From positions 4,563-68,562 of the forward strand of contig JBEIJN010000005.1 in the NCBI GenBank assembly GCA_040380225.1: 64,000 nt of DNA, in the 5' to 3' direction. A program made the translations under genes and the position numbers. This DNA comes from Verrucomicrobiia bacterium. Lineage in GTDB: Bacteria > Verrucomicrobiota > Verrucomicrobiia > Chthoniobacterales > UBA6821. The notes under the pieces are model-generated. The model saw only the letters and a list, made by a program, of their open reading frames with translations, did not search any database and was not told where the DNA came from. Below are positions 30,395 through 38,975 of this stretch, piece by piece (the first letter of the stretch is position 1; the number at the start of each line of letters is the position of its first letter).

Positions 30395-30456
30395 AAAAAA
30401 AGCGGGCCACCTGATTGGCGTCGGAAAAACCATGAAACCGACGCCGGGTGGCCCGC
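30395..30456 (-). terminator. intrinsic terminator-like hairpin in the leader of the two-component operon (attenuator or sRNA 3' end)
   Basis: On the minus strand: gcgggccacc...ggcgtcgg-loop-ccgacgcc...ggtggcccgc, followed by TTTTTTT. It lies 95 nt upstream of the response-regulator start codon. Confidence 0.55.
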
Positions 30457-30586
30457 TCCCAACTCTGAAACCTATATATTGGACCCTCGTGCCCAGGCGG
30501 CGTTCAAAAAATTTCCCATTCCCTGTTATTTTGTCCGCTTCCTGCTATAAGGGAGCGCTTCCATTCTCCCCCGGACCGCATCCTTT

Positions 30587-31588
30587 ATGACCAAAACCAT
30601 CGGCATCCTCACTTCCGGCGGAGACTCTCCGGGCATGAATCCCGCCATCCGGGCGGTTGCCCGAACCGCCGCCCAGCACGACTGCCGCGTGATGGGGATC
30701 AACAACGGTTACGACGGAATCTTTGACGGCCTCACCGAGGAACTCGGCACCCGTAGCCTCGCCTCCATCATCGACCGTGGCGGAACCATCCTGCAATCGA
30801 GCCGCTGCAAACGGATGTACACCCCGGAGGGGGTGGATCACGCACGCAGGCGGCTCCAGGAGCTCGGCATCCACGGGCTGGTGGTGATCGGCGGCGACGG
30901 CTCCCTGACCGGTGCCCGTGAACTCTCCAAGCGCGGGATGCCCGTCGTCGGGATCCCGGCCAGCATCGACAACGATCTGGCGGGAACCGAGATGGCGATC
31001 GGTGTCGACACCGCCACCAATACCATCATGCAGCAGGTCGACCGGATCCGTGACACGGCCCGCTCCCACCGCCGCTGCTTCCTCATCGAGGTCATGGGTC
31101 GCAACTCCGGCTACCTCGCACTCACCACCGCCATCAGCGGCGGTGCCTCCGTGGCGGTGATTCCGGAATACCGTTACAACATGGAGCGCATCGTTTCGGT
31201 TCTGCACAGCAGGTTCCAGGAGGCGCGCGACAACTCGATCATCATGCTTGCCGAGGGAGTCTGCGGCGCGGAGACCTTTATGAAGCGGATGACGGAGGCC
31301 GTGCCGGGAGGCGAGTTCGAGCAGGAAATCCGCATCACCGTGCTGGGGCATGTGCAGCGCGGCGGCATCCCGACCCACTTCGACCGCATGCTCGGAGCCC
31401 GCTTCGGGGAACTTGCCGTGACGGGCCTCCTTGCCTCGGAAACAGGCTGCATGACCGCCCTTGCCAAGGGGCGCGCCACCCTGATCGACCTCGACATGGT
31501 GATCGGGAAGAAAAAGCATCCCGCTCCCGAACTGATCCGTCTCGCCCGCAACCTCAAGGTGGAGTTCGGCGATCCGGTCGAACTCTAA
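30587..31588 (+). CDS. pfkA: ATP-dependent 6-phosphofructokinase
   Basis: IGILTSGGDSPGMN, VIGGDGS, PASIDND and MGR motifs. Confidence 0.9.
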   Translation: MTKTIGILTSGGDSPGMNPAIRAVARTAAQHDCRVMGINNGYDGIFDGLTEELGTRSLASIIDRGGTILQSSRCKRMYTPEGVDHARRRLQELGIHGLVVIGGDGSLTGARELSKRGMPVVGIPASIDNDLAGTEMAIGVDTATNTIMQQVDRIRDTARSHRRCFLIEVMGRNSGYLALTTAISGGASVAVIPEYRYNMERIVSVLHSRFQEARDNSIIMLAEGVCGAETFMKRMTEAVPGGEFEQEIRITVLGHVQRGGIPTHFDRMLGARFGELAVTGLLASETGCMTALAKGRATLIDLDMVIGKKKHPAPELIRLARNLKVEFGDPVEL

Positions 31589-31598
31589 GGAAGCCTAA

Positions 31599-31623
31599 GG
31601 AAGCGCTGATAATCAGTGCTTCC
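31599..31623. mobile_element. 25-bp IR-IR mini-element derived from the IS5-family ends
   Basis: ggaagcgctgat-a-atcagtgcttcc is the left and right IS termini joined head to head. It is flanked by a CTAA direct repeat (31595-98 and 31624-27). Confidence 0.55.
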
Positions 31624-31701
31624 CTAAACTCCCGCCGCGTGAGCGACGCCCGTCTCATTTTCGCGGATGGACGGGTTCTGATCGTGAGGTAGCATCCGCT
31701 C

Positions 31702-32556
31702 ATGGATTCCCTCCTCACCCTCCCCATCGGCGACTTCCGCGCCGTCGAGTTGACCCTTCGGCTGACCGTGGCGCTGGTGGCCATGACGGCTCTCCTTCTC
31801 CTCTTCTCCATCAGCTGCACGGCGGGCCGCCTCCGTCTGCCGCTCATCCTCGCCTCGGTCGCCCTCCTCGGAGCGGCCTGGTTTGAATCGGGCGTCTGGC
31901 TCGGCTGGAAGCAGGGTTTCGAGTTGGCCGGCACCTCCTACTGCGTCACCGGTCAGCTCCTCTCCGGCGAGGACCGCATCCTGGCCTGGTCCCTCGGGGT
32001 CCCCGCGATTCTCTTCTGCTTCGGACTGCTTCAGTTCCCCCGGGGAGAGGGGCATCGCTCTGCATGGACGCGGTTCTGCGCGGCGATCCTGCTTCTCGCA
32101 CTCCTCGCGCCGTTCTCGAGCCTGCTGGCGCTGGCATTGCTGGGCTGGGTGCTCTGGTTCCTCTGCATCAAGGCTCCTTCCGTCGCCAAGCGTTCCTCCG
32201 TTTCCCTGCGGCGGGAATGCCTGATCGCATCGGGTAGCATCGCGCTCCCGTTCCTTATCACCCTACTGGGCGGCTGGCATCTGCTGCCGCTGGGAAAGTC
32301 TGCCGAGGGGATTCTTGTCCGCGGTGAAATCATCCGCTCCCTTTGCGACATCCTCTCCTTAGTCGTGCCCGCCGTGATCCTGCTGACGGCAGTTCTCAGG
32401 CTGGCTGCGGATGTTTCGGAAAAATCCCCCGAACGCTCATCTGCACCCCCAACCGCATCCCACATCACGCCCCCAATCCCACAAATCAAGGAAAAGAAAT
32501 CCAAGCCACGCGATCCCGCATCGTCGGATCTCCAATCCGGCCTGTTCGGAAGCTAG
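31702..32556 (+). CDS. hypothetical polytopic membrane protein (6-7 TM helices)
   Basis: 284 aa with multiple hydrophobic helices and a Pro/Ser-rich tail. The stop TAG lies inside the left CTAG target duplicate of the MITE. Confidence 0.5.
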   Translation: MDSLLTLPIGDFRAVELTLRLTVALVAMTALLLLFSISCTAGRLRLPLILASVALLGAAWFESGVWLGWKQGFELAGTSYCVTGQLLSGEDRILAWSLGVPAILFCFGLLQFPRGEGHRSAWTRFCAAILLLALLAPFSSLLALALLGWVLWFLCIKAPSVAKRSSVSLRRECLIASGSIALPFLITLLGGWHLLPLGKSAEGILVRGEIIRSLCDILSLVVPAVILLTAVLRLAADVSEKSPERSSAPPTASHITPPIPQIKEKKSKPRDPASSDLQSGLFGS

Positions 32557-32863
32557 GGAACCGCTGATTAAATCGCATAGAGGCCGTTGCGGAAAGAATG
32601 GGCCGCGGGCAAGGCGGCTTCGCGGGCGCATCCCCGCAGTGGGCTGCCGTAACGGATGCGAAGCAACGGCCGGGCAAGCAAACCGCGAAGCCAACACAGC
32701 CCCCGGCCTGTTATCTCCGCAACCCGGAGGGCTGAAGCCATTTGTCGATTTTTGCAGCGTTGCTCGCTCGGGCGAGACCGCTGCGGGTATCGCCCAGCAC
32801 TCACGCCTTCAAAAATCAGCAACTGCCCTTCAGCGGCCATCATGGGATTTAATCAGCGGTTCC
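32557..32863. mobile_element. 307-bp MITE, a non-autonomous derivative of the IS5-family element
   Basis: Termini ggaaccgctgattaaatcg and gatttaatcagcggttcc match the IS IRs at 10402 and 11635. CTAG target duplication at 32553-56 and 32864-67. No transposase ORF. Confidence 0.75.
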
Positions 32864-33946
32864 CTAGAGCGTCGGGTAATCCGTATATCCCTTCTCTCCG
32901 GGTGAATAGAAGGTCGATTCGTCCGCTGCATTGAGGGGTGACTTCTGCCTGAAGCGCTGGGGCAGATCGGGATTCGCGATGAAAGGCACGCCGAATGCAA
33001 TCGCATCGGCCCACCCCTCTGCGAGGGCGGCATTGCCCGACTCGAGGGTGAATCCCCCGGCAGAGACAATCTTCCCGTTCCAAGCAGAGCGGAGCTCCTT
33101 CGGGCCGATTCCCTCCGCAGCTCCATGGGCTATGTCCTGGGCGGTCACCTGCGTGATGTGGGCATAGGCGAGATCGAAGCGGTTGAGCTCGCGGAGCACG
33201 TGGCCGAAGGTCTCGAAAGGATTGTCGTCCCGCATGTCATTGAAGATACCGGCGGGGGAGAAACGGATCCCTACCCGGTCAGCACCCCAGACTCCGACCA
33301 CGGCCTCGGTGACCTCGATGGTCAGGCGCGACCGGTTGGCGACCGATCCACCGTATTGGTCGGAGCGCTTGTTTGTCCCAGTGCGCAGGAACTGATCGAG
33401 CAAATACCCGTTGGCATTGTGGATCTCCACACCGTCGAATCCGGCCTCCTTGGCGAGCTTCGCGACGTGGACATACTCGGCGATGATGCCAGGAATCTCG
33501 GCGGTCTCGAGGGCGCGGGGAGTTACATATTCCTCCATCGCTGTCCCAGTGAAGACCTGCCCCTTGGGCTTGATGGCCGAGGGAGCGACGGGGAGTGCAC
33601 CTTCCTTCTGATAAGAGGGATGAGAGATGCGGCCGACATGCCAGAGTTGCAGGTAGATGTGCCCACCCTTGGCATGGACGGCCTCCGTGACTTTCTTCCA
33701 ACCCGCGACCTGTGCCTCAGTGTGAATGCCGGGCGTGCTGGGATATCCGTAACCGGAGGGAGAAACGGAGGTCGCCTCCGAAATGATCAGTCCTGCCGAG
33801 GCCCGCTGGGCGTAATATTCCGAGTTCAGCTCATTCGGCACATGACCCTCGGAAGCCCGGCAACGCGTGAGCGGCGCCATGAAGATCCGGTTTGGCAAGG
33901 CCAGCGGTCCGAGCTGGAGGGGAGTGAAGAGGTCGGAGCGGGACAT
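32864..33946 (-). CDS. NADH:flavin oxidoreductase, Old Yellow Enzyme family (NemA-like)
   Basis: 360 aa. LFTPLQLG, NRIFMAPLTR, QLWHVGR and GFDGVEIHNANGYL motifs. Confidence 0.9.
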   Translation of the reverse strand: MSRSDLFTPLQLGPLALPNRIFMAPLTRCRASEGHVPNELNSEYYAQRASAGLIISEATSVSPSGYGYPSTPGIHTEAQVAGWKKVTEAVHAKGGHIYLQLWHVGRISHPSYQKEGALPVAPSAIKPKGQVFTGTAMEEYVTPRALETAEIPGIIAEYVHVAKLAKEAGFDGVEIHNANGYLLDQFLRTGTNKRSDQYGGSVANRSRLTIEVTEAVVGVWGADRVGIRFSPAGIFNDMRDDNPFETFGHVLRELNRFDLAYAHITQVTAQDIAHGAAEGIGPKELRSAWNGKIVSAGGFTLESGNAALAEGWADAIAFGVPFIANPDLPQRFRQKSPLNAADESTFYSPGEKGYTDYPTL

Positions 33947-34142
33947 GGGAAGGGGTTATGGTTAAAGGCTGTTGGACTATTGGGCTGTTAGGAAAAAGCA
34001 GGGGGAAATGTGGTGCTCTGGCGTGCCTCACCTAAAAACGCGAAGATCGTGTGGAAGAATCCGTATCTTCTCCGCTTCTTTCTGACTTCCTGAGTTCCAG
34101 ATTAAAATCTCTCCGCGCCTCTGCGGCTCCGCGGGGAAATCC

Positions 34143-34454
34143 TCAAAAAGGCAGGCCCGGGATGCCGAGTCCGGCCGTGAGCTTGCCCATCTCGTCGGCT
34201 GCGAGTTTCTTCGCATCGGCGGTCGCCTGACGGACGGCGCTGAGTACCAGATCCTCGAGCATCTCGACATCGTCGGCATTCACGACTTCGGGGGCGATGC
34301 GGATCGATAGGATGTCTCCAGCGCCGGTAGCCTTCACCGTCACCTTGCCCCCTCCGGAGGAGGCCTCCACCTCGCGCTTGGCGAGGTCTTCCTGGATCTG
34401 GGCCATCTTTTTCTGCGCGTTGGCGGCGGCGCTCATCATCTTGGCAATGTTCAT
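34143..34454 (-). CDS. ybaB: YbaB/EbfC-family nucleoid-associated protein
   Basis: Start at MNIAKMMSAAANAQKKMAQIQEDL. GGGKVTVKATG and a GLPF tail. Located downstream of dnaX, as is usual. Confidence 0.9.
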   Translation of the reverse strand: MNIAKMMSAAANAQKKMAQIQEDLAKREVEASSGGGKVTVKATGAGDILSIRIAPEVVNADDVEMLEDLVLSAVRQATADAKKLAADEMGKLTAGLGIPGLPF

Positions 34455-34506
34455 GGAGTCGTTTCGGGTTGGGTGCTTTGTGGGCGTTAGGTGCGTTCTG
34501 GTGAAC

Positions 34507-36399
34507 TCAGGCTTTCTGCGGGGGATCAATCAGGATCTCGGCTTTGAAAATCTCGAGGGCCTTTCGGATGAGCGGATCGCTTTTGAACTCCTCCAGCTCT
34601 GCGGCGCTGATCGCGGGCGTTGCTGGTTCCGGGGCCGTCTGCTTGGGGGCAGCTTCGGTGGGTTTGCCCGCCGTGCGGTTTGTTTGCGACACCTCCTTGG
34701 TGGATGGAGCGGGAGCGGCGACCGGTTCCGGTTCCGGAGGAGCGGGCGGCTCCTCTCCGGTGAAGCGGTATTCGAAGGTGATCTTCACGCCGAGTGCCGC
34801 CGTGAGCTGCTCCTCGATTTTTTTCACCGCCTGCGGCCAGAAAAGCGTCTGCGTCTGCTGCTCCAGCGACGGAGGGAACTCCACCAGGATGGCATTGCCG
34901 ATCCGCTCGATGAAGCGCCCATCCTCAACCCATCCGAATTTCAGCGGCGAGTCGGCAGCCAGTTTCATCGCCACGTCCTGCCAGGGGTCGGAGGAACTGG
35001 GAGTTGGGGGCTGGGAACCAAGGCTCTGGGAAGAGCCGCGGACGACTGACGTAGTCAGCTCCGCAGGGGCTGCACCGCTTCCCGGGAGGGAAGTGCCGTC
35101 ATCTGGGGATTCAACCGGTGTGGGTTTCGATTCAGCCTTGGGCGGTTCGATCCGGATGGGATCAACGGGAAGAGGGGCGGCTTTGGGAACTGGCGCTGGT
35201 GAGGGAGCCGGTGCGGCGACCGGTGCCGTGGGACGGGTAGCCGGTGGGCGCGCCACAGGACGATCCGGGAGGGGTGCGCCGCCGCGAAGCGCGGTGAGCG
35301 TGTCGAGCACGTCGCTGAGGCTTGCCTCCTCGAGGAGATGCACTCCCTTGATGAGGGCGACATCGAGCTGGAGCTTCTTGTCGGTGGCCCAGCGGAGGCG
35401 GCCTTCCGCCTCGCCGAAGTGATCCAGCAGGACCAGGAGCTTCTCCTGGGAGATCGCCTCCCCGAGCCTCGCTTCCTCGGTCGCTTCCGCAGACGGGTGG
35501 ACCTTGCCGATCAGGATATCGCGGAGCAATCCAACGAGATCGCCAAGCAGTCGAGCCAGATCCTTGCCGGCCTCGGCCTGACTCTTCACGACGGCCAGTG
35601 TGGCGGGCGTGTCGCGGGCGACGAGGGCTCCTGCAAGCTCCAGGACGGTCTCGCGCGGCGTGAATCCGAAGACGTTGTGGACATCGGCGGCGCCGATCGT
35701 CGTGCCGCAGAAGGCGACGACCTGATCGAGCATCGACTCGGCGTCACGCATCGCCCCGTCAGCCCCGCGCGCGATCGTGGCGGCGGCAGCGGGATCTAGT
35801 GCGATCTTCTCGTTCTTGGCGATGTGCAGCAGATGGTCGGCGATGAGTTCCGGCGTCAGTCGCCTCAGGTCGAAGCGCTGGCATCGGCTGAGGATGGTGG
35901 CCGGCACCTTCTGCGCCTCGGTCGTGGCGAAGAGGAACTTCACGTGCTCCGGCGGCTCTTCCAGCGTCTTGAGCAACGCGTTGAAGGCCGCGGTCGAGAG
36001 CATGTGCACCTCGTCGATGAGGTAGACCTTGTAGGGTCCGCGGGCCGGGGCGTAGGCGGCGTTCTCTCGAAGCGTGCGGATGCTATCGACGCTGTTGTTG
36101 CTCGCCCCGTCGATCTCCATCACGTCGAGGCTGCGTCCCTCGGCGATCTCGACGCAGGCATCGCAGGTGCCGCAGGGATTGTCGGTCGGCTCGCCCTTGT
36201 TGGAGAGACAGTTGAGGGCCTTGGCCAGGATGCGGGCCGAGGAGGTCTTCCCCACGCCGCGGGGACCGACGAAGAGGTAGGCCTGCGCGAGCCGCTTGCC
36301 GGTGATCGCGTTCTGGAGCGTCCGGGTGATGTGTTCCTGGCCCACGACCTCCTCGAAGCGTTGGGGACGGTATTTGCGGGCGAAGACTCGGTAGCTCAC
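34507..36399 (-). CDS. dnaX: DNA polymerase III subunit tau (gamma/tau)
   Basis: 630 aa. FVGPRGVGKTS Walker A, zinc module CGTCDAC, IDEVHMLS, then a Pro/Ala-rich linker and a tau C-terminal region. Confidence 0.9.
   Translation of the reverse strand: MSYRVFARKYRPQRFEEVVGQEHITRTLQNAITGKRLAQAYLFVGPRGVGKTSSARILAKALNCLSNKGEPTDNPCGTCDACVEIAEGRSLDVMEIDGASNNSVDSIRTLRENAAYAPARGPYKVYLIDEVHMLSTAAFNALLKTLEEPPEHVKFLFATTEAQKVPATILSRCQRFDLRRLTPELIADHLLHIAKNEKIALDPAAAATIARGADGAMRDAESMLDQVVAFCGTTIGAADVHNVFGFTPRETVLELAGALVARDTPATLAVVKSQAEAGKDLARLLGDLVGLLRDILIGKVHPSAEATEEARLGEAISQEKLLVLLDHFGEAEGRLRWATDKKLQLDVALIKGVHLLEEASLSDVLDTLTALRGGAPLPDRPVARPPATRPTAPVAAPAPSPAPVPKAAPLPVDPIRIEPPKAESKPTPVESPDDGTSLPGSGAAPAELTTSVVRGSSQSLGSQPPTPSSSDPWQDVAMKLAADSPLKFGWVEDGRFIERIGNAILVEFPPSLEQQTQTLFWPQAVKKIEEQLTAALGVKITFEYRFTGEEPPAPPEPEPVAAPAPSTKEVSQTNRTAGKPTEAAPKQTAPEPATPAISAAELEEFKSDPLIRKALEIFKAEILIDPPQKA
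35016..35112. repeat. family-L multi-hairpin repeat copy embedded in-frame in dnaX (codons ~430-462)
   Basis: 35016-35040 is identical over 25 nt to 59156-59180. The next ~70 nt align with the family-L core, and all four hairpins are retained. Confidence 0.65.
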
Positions 36400-36464
36400 G
36401 GAGGAAGGAAGTTAAAAGCGCCGGAGGAAAAAGTCGAGGGACGAAGGAGCGGATACCGTGGCGG

Positions 36465-37688
36465 CTACCGGCTTTCGGATTCGCCGGGCGAGGGGAGGGC
36501 GGGTTTCGCCTCCGAGAGATGGCCCATCATCTCCTGAAGGCGCTCGCGCACTCCGGGGATGAATCCCCGGTCTGCATGGAGCACCAGCAGGCAGAGCTCC
36601 CCGTTGTGGAGAAAGCTGAGCGCTCCCTGCTCGGCATGGAGCGTGACGGCCGGCACGGCGCCGAGACCCATCCCTGCGGAGGACTCGCGGATCTGGGCGA
36701 GCATCGTCATCGCCTGGCCGCTGAGCGTTCGGAGATCGATGCCGGTGGAGGCATTCGAGGTGCAGAGAACCTGGTCCCCGTGGGCCAGAACGCAGGCCTT
36801 CAGACCGGGAAGCTCGCCCGCCTTGGAAATCACGCGCTCGAGCGTCAGCTTCTCCTCGGTCATGAAGAGGGCCTGCAGCGCGGAGGGGTCGGCCAGCCGA
36901 TCCTGCGGATCGAGCTTCCAGAGCGACTCCACGGCCAGCGCCTTGGATCCCGGATCGGAAGCAGGTTCGGGCAGGGCGGAAGGCATCACCTTCACCTTTT
37001 CGACGGATACCTCTTCGACGCATACCTTTTCGACGGGCATCTCCCGGATGGGTTCGACTGCTGGGATCTCCTCCTTTCGGCGGCGGAAAATCGGCAACGA
37101 CTCAAAGAGGCTTCTGCGTTGCGCTTGGTTCCGATCAGTTGTCAGCTCAGGGGTCCCTGCAGGAACCTCGGGCATTGGTGGAGGGTCCTCTTCACCGGCC
37201 GGTTTCCCCACGCCACCGCTTGATAAGCGCGAATCTGTCACATCACTTGCATCTGCAAGGTTTTCTATCTCAATAACTAAAGTCTCATTTTCTTCTTTGA
37301 TCGAAGCGGGCGATTCCGTCTCTACCAGCTCCTCCCGACGAGTCACCATTCGGAAGTGAAGCGCCACCCATCCCGGCGGCAGGGTGATGCGTTCCCCGCG
37401 ATCGCGCCCCTCGGGAATCTGCACCAGATCAGGCAGCAGATCATTCAGCCTGCCGAGGGCGATCCTCGGCGTGTTGCCTCCCAGCAGATCATTGCAGGGA
37501 ATCCCAACCGTACGCCCCGGCTCCGTGGCTTCGGACGCGTCGGCGCGGATGAGTTCGGCGGGGAGGCGGGCACGCAGTTCCTCAACGGGAAGGGTCACCG
37601 TTTCGGGAGCCTCCTCGTGATAGCGATAGCGGGGGGTCGCGTTGGTTGCAATTGCCACGGGGTGATCTTCCGAAATGCCAACCCTCAC
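36465..37688 (-). CDS. hypothetical protein with possible C-terminal Roadblock/LC7-like domain
   Basis: This is the 3' part of ORF 36465..38363. The upstream part is antisense to hisI and is rejected. No ATG is available before codon ~110 of the kept region, so a GTG start at 37688 or 37658 is assumed. Confidence 0.4.
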   Translation of the reverse strand: MRVGISEDHPVAIATNATPRYRYHEEAPETVTLPVEELRARLPAELIRADASEATEPGRTVGIPCNDLLGGNTPRIALGRLNDLLPDLVQIPEGRDRGERITLPPGWVALHFRMVTRREELVETESPASIKEENETLVIEIENLADASDVTDSRLSSGGVGKPAGEEDPPPMPEVPAGTPELTTDRNQAQRRSLFESLPIFRRRKEEIPAVEPIREMPVEKVCVEEVSVEKVKVMPSALPEPASDPGSKALAVESLWKLDPQDRLADPSALQALFMTEEKLTLERVISKAGELPGLKACVLAHGDQVLCTSNASTGIDLRTLSGQAMTMLAQIRESSAGMGLGAVPAVTLHAEQGALSFLHNGELCLLVLHADRGFIPGVRERLQEMMGHLSEAKPALPSPGESESR

Positions 37689-37754
37689 CGCAATGGCGAA
37701 TCCGCGGTCGAGATTCTTCTTGCGAAGAATCGTCCCCGCCTCCGAAATGACCCG

Positions 37755-38141
37755 ATGCAATTGAATCTCAAATACGACGACCGGGGACTGATTCCAGCCA
37801 TTGTTCAGGAGAGCGCCGAGAAAGGCGGGCGCGTGCTCATGATGGCCTGGATGAACGAGGATTCCCTGAAGCATTCCGTCGAGACCGGCTACATGCACTA
37901 CTGGAGCCGCTCCCGCAGGAAGCTCTGGAAGAAAGGCGAGTCGAGCGGCCACACGCAGAGGATCCTGCGTTGGTTCGTCGATTGCGACCGCGACACCCTC
38001 CTCTTCGAGGTCGAGCAGCACGGCGGCGCCTGTCACACCGGTTTCGCCAGCTGCTTCTATGTCGAGCTCGACAAGACCGGGAACGACCTTCCACCGCAGG
38101 AAGAGCCTCTCTTCAGTCCCGACAGCGTTTACAAAGCGTAG
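37755..38141 (+). CDS. hisI: phosphoribosyl-AMP cyclohydrolase
   Basis: [19 protein letters not shown]..., [26 protein letters not shown] and DCDRDTLL...GGACHTG. Confidence 0.85.
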   Translation: MQLNLKYDDRGLIPAIVQESAEKGGRVLMMAWMNEDSLKHSVETGYMHYWSRSRRKLWKKGESSGHTQRILRWFVDCDRDTLLFEVEQHGGACHTGFASCFYVELDKTGNDLPPQEEPLFSPDSVYKA

Positions 38142-38157
38142 TCGATCACCCGTCCCG

Positions 38158-38952
38158 ATGATCCAGTACCACCGCCTTCTCCACCTCGTCCTCGACCACG
38201 GGACGCGGAAAGAAGACCGAACCGGCACGGGAACGCTCTCCATTTTCGGCGCGCAGGAACGCTTCGACCTGACCAAGGGATTTCCCCTGCTCACCACCAA
38301 GAAGCTGCACCTCCGCTCGATCATCCACGAGCTGCTCTGGTTCCTCAAGGGTGATACCAACATCGGCTACCTCAAGGAACACGGCGTCACCATCTGGGAC
38401 GAGTGGGCCGATGCGAAAGGTGACCTCGGGCCTGTCTACGGCGCGCAGTGGCGCAAGTGGCGCACCCCGGAGGGCGGCTCCGTCGATCAGATCGCCCGCG
38501 TCGTCGAGGATCTCAAAAAGAATCCCGACAGCCGCCGCCACATTGTCAGCGCCTGGAATCCAGGCGAAATCGACAGGATGGCACTCGCGCCGTGCCATGC
38601 CCTCGTCCAGTTCTACGTCGCGAACGGCGAACTCAGCTGCCAGCTCTACCAGCGCAGTGCAGATCTCTTCCTCGGCGTCCCCTTCAACATCGCCTCCTAC
38701 GCCCTGCTCACCATGATGATCGCTCAGGTCTGCGGGCTGAAAGCCAAGGAATTCATCCACACCTTCGGCGATCTCCACCTCTACGTGAACCACCTCGATC
38801 AGGCCCGCCTCCAGCTCACGCGCGAACCACGCCCCCTCCCGCGTATGCTGCTCAATCCCGCGGTGACCAGGCTCGAGGATTTCCGCTACGAAGACTTCAC
38901 CCTCGAAGGCTACGACCCCCATCCCGCGATCAAGGCCCCGATTGCTGTTTAG
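38158..38952 (+). CDS. thyA: thymidylate synthase (ThyA type)
   Basis: [26 protein letters not shown]..., LPPCH-like [25 protein letters not shown]. Confidence 0.95.
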   Translation: MIQYHRLLHLVLDHGTRKEDRTGTGTLSIFGAQERFDLTKGFPLLTTKKLHLRSIIHELLWFLKGDTNIGYLKEHGVTIWDEWADAKGDLGPVYGAQWRKWRTPEGGSVDQIARVVEDLKKNPDSRRHIVSAWNPGEIDRMALAPCHALVQFYVANGELSCQLYQRSADLFLGVPFNIASYALLTMMIAQVCGLKAKEFIHTFGDLHLYVNHLDQARLQLTREPRPLPRMLLNPAVTRLEDFRYEDFTLEGYDPHPAIKAPIAV

Positions 38953-38975
38953 AATGCGAAGCCGAAGAATATTTT

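Noticed and set aside
31702-32556. Microbial-rhodopsin-like 7-TM protein; DRILAWSLGVPAILFCFGLL vaguely recalls the helix-C region.
   Set aside because: There is no lysine in the last helix for a retinal Schiff base and no other diagnostic motifs. It is left as a hypothetical membrane protein.
34990-35160. Programmed -1 frameshift or transcriptional-slippage site for a gamma subunit in dnaX, suggested by four hairpins at the two-thirds point of the gene.
   Set aside because: Reading the mRNA strand about 60 nt upstream of the hairpins, I found no X_XXY_YYZ slippery heptamer and no A-run. It is kept only as a hypothesis under the dnaX finding.
37689-38363. Upstream third of the 632-aa minus-strand ORF 36465..38363.
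   Set aside because: It is antisense to hisI (37755-38141) and to the start of thyA, both of which have clear family motifs. It is kept only as a shorter gene with a presumed GTG start.
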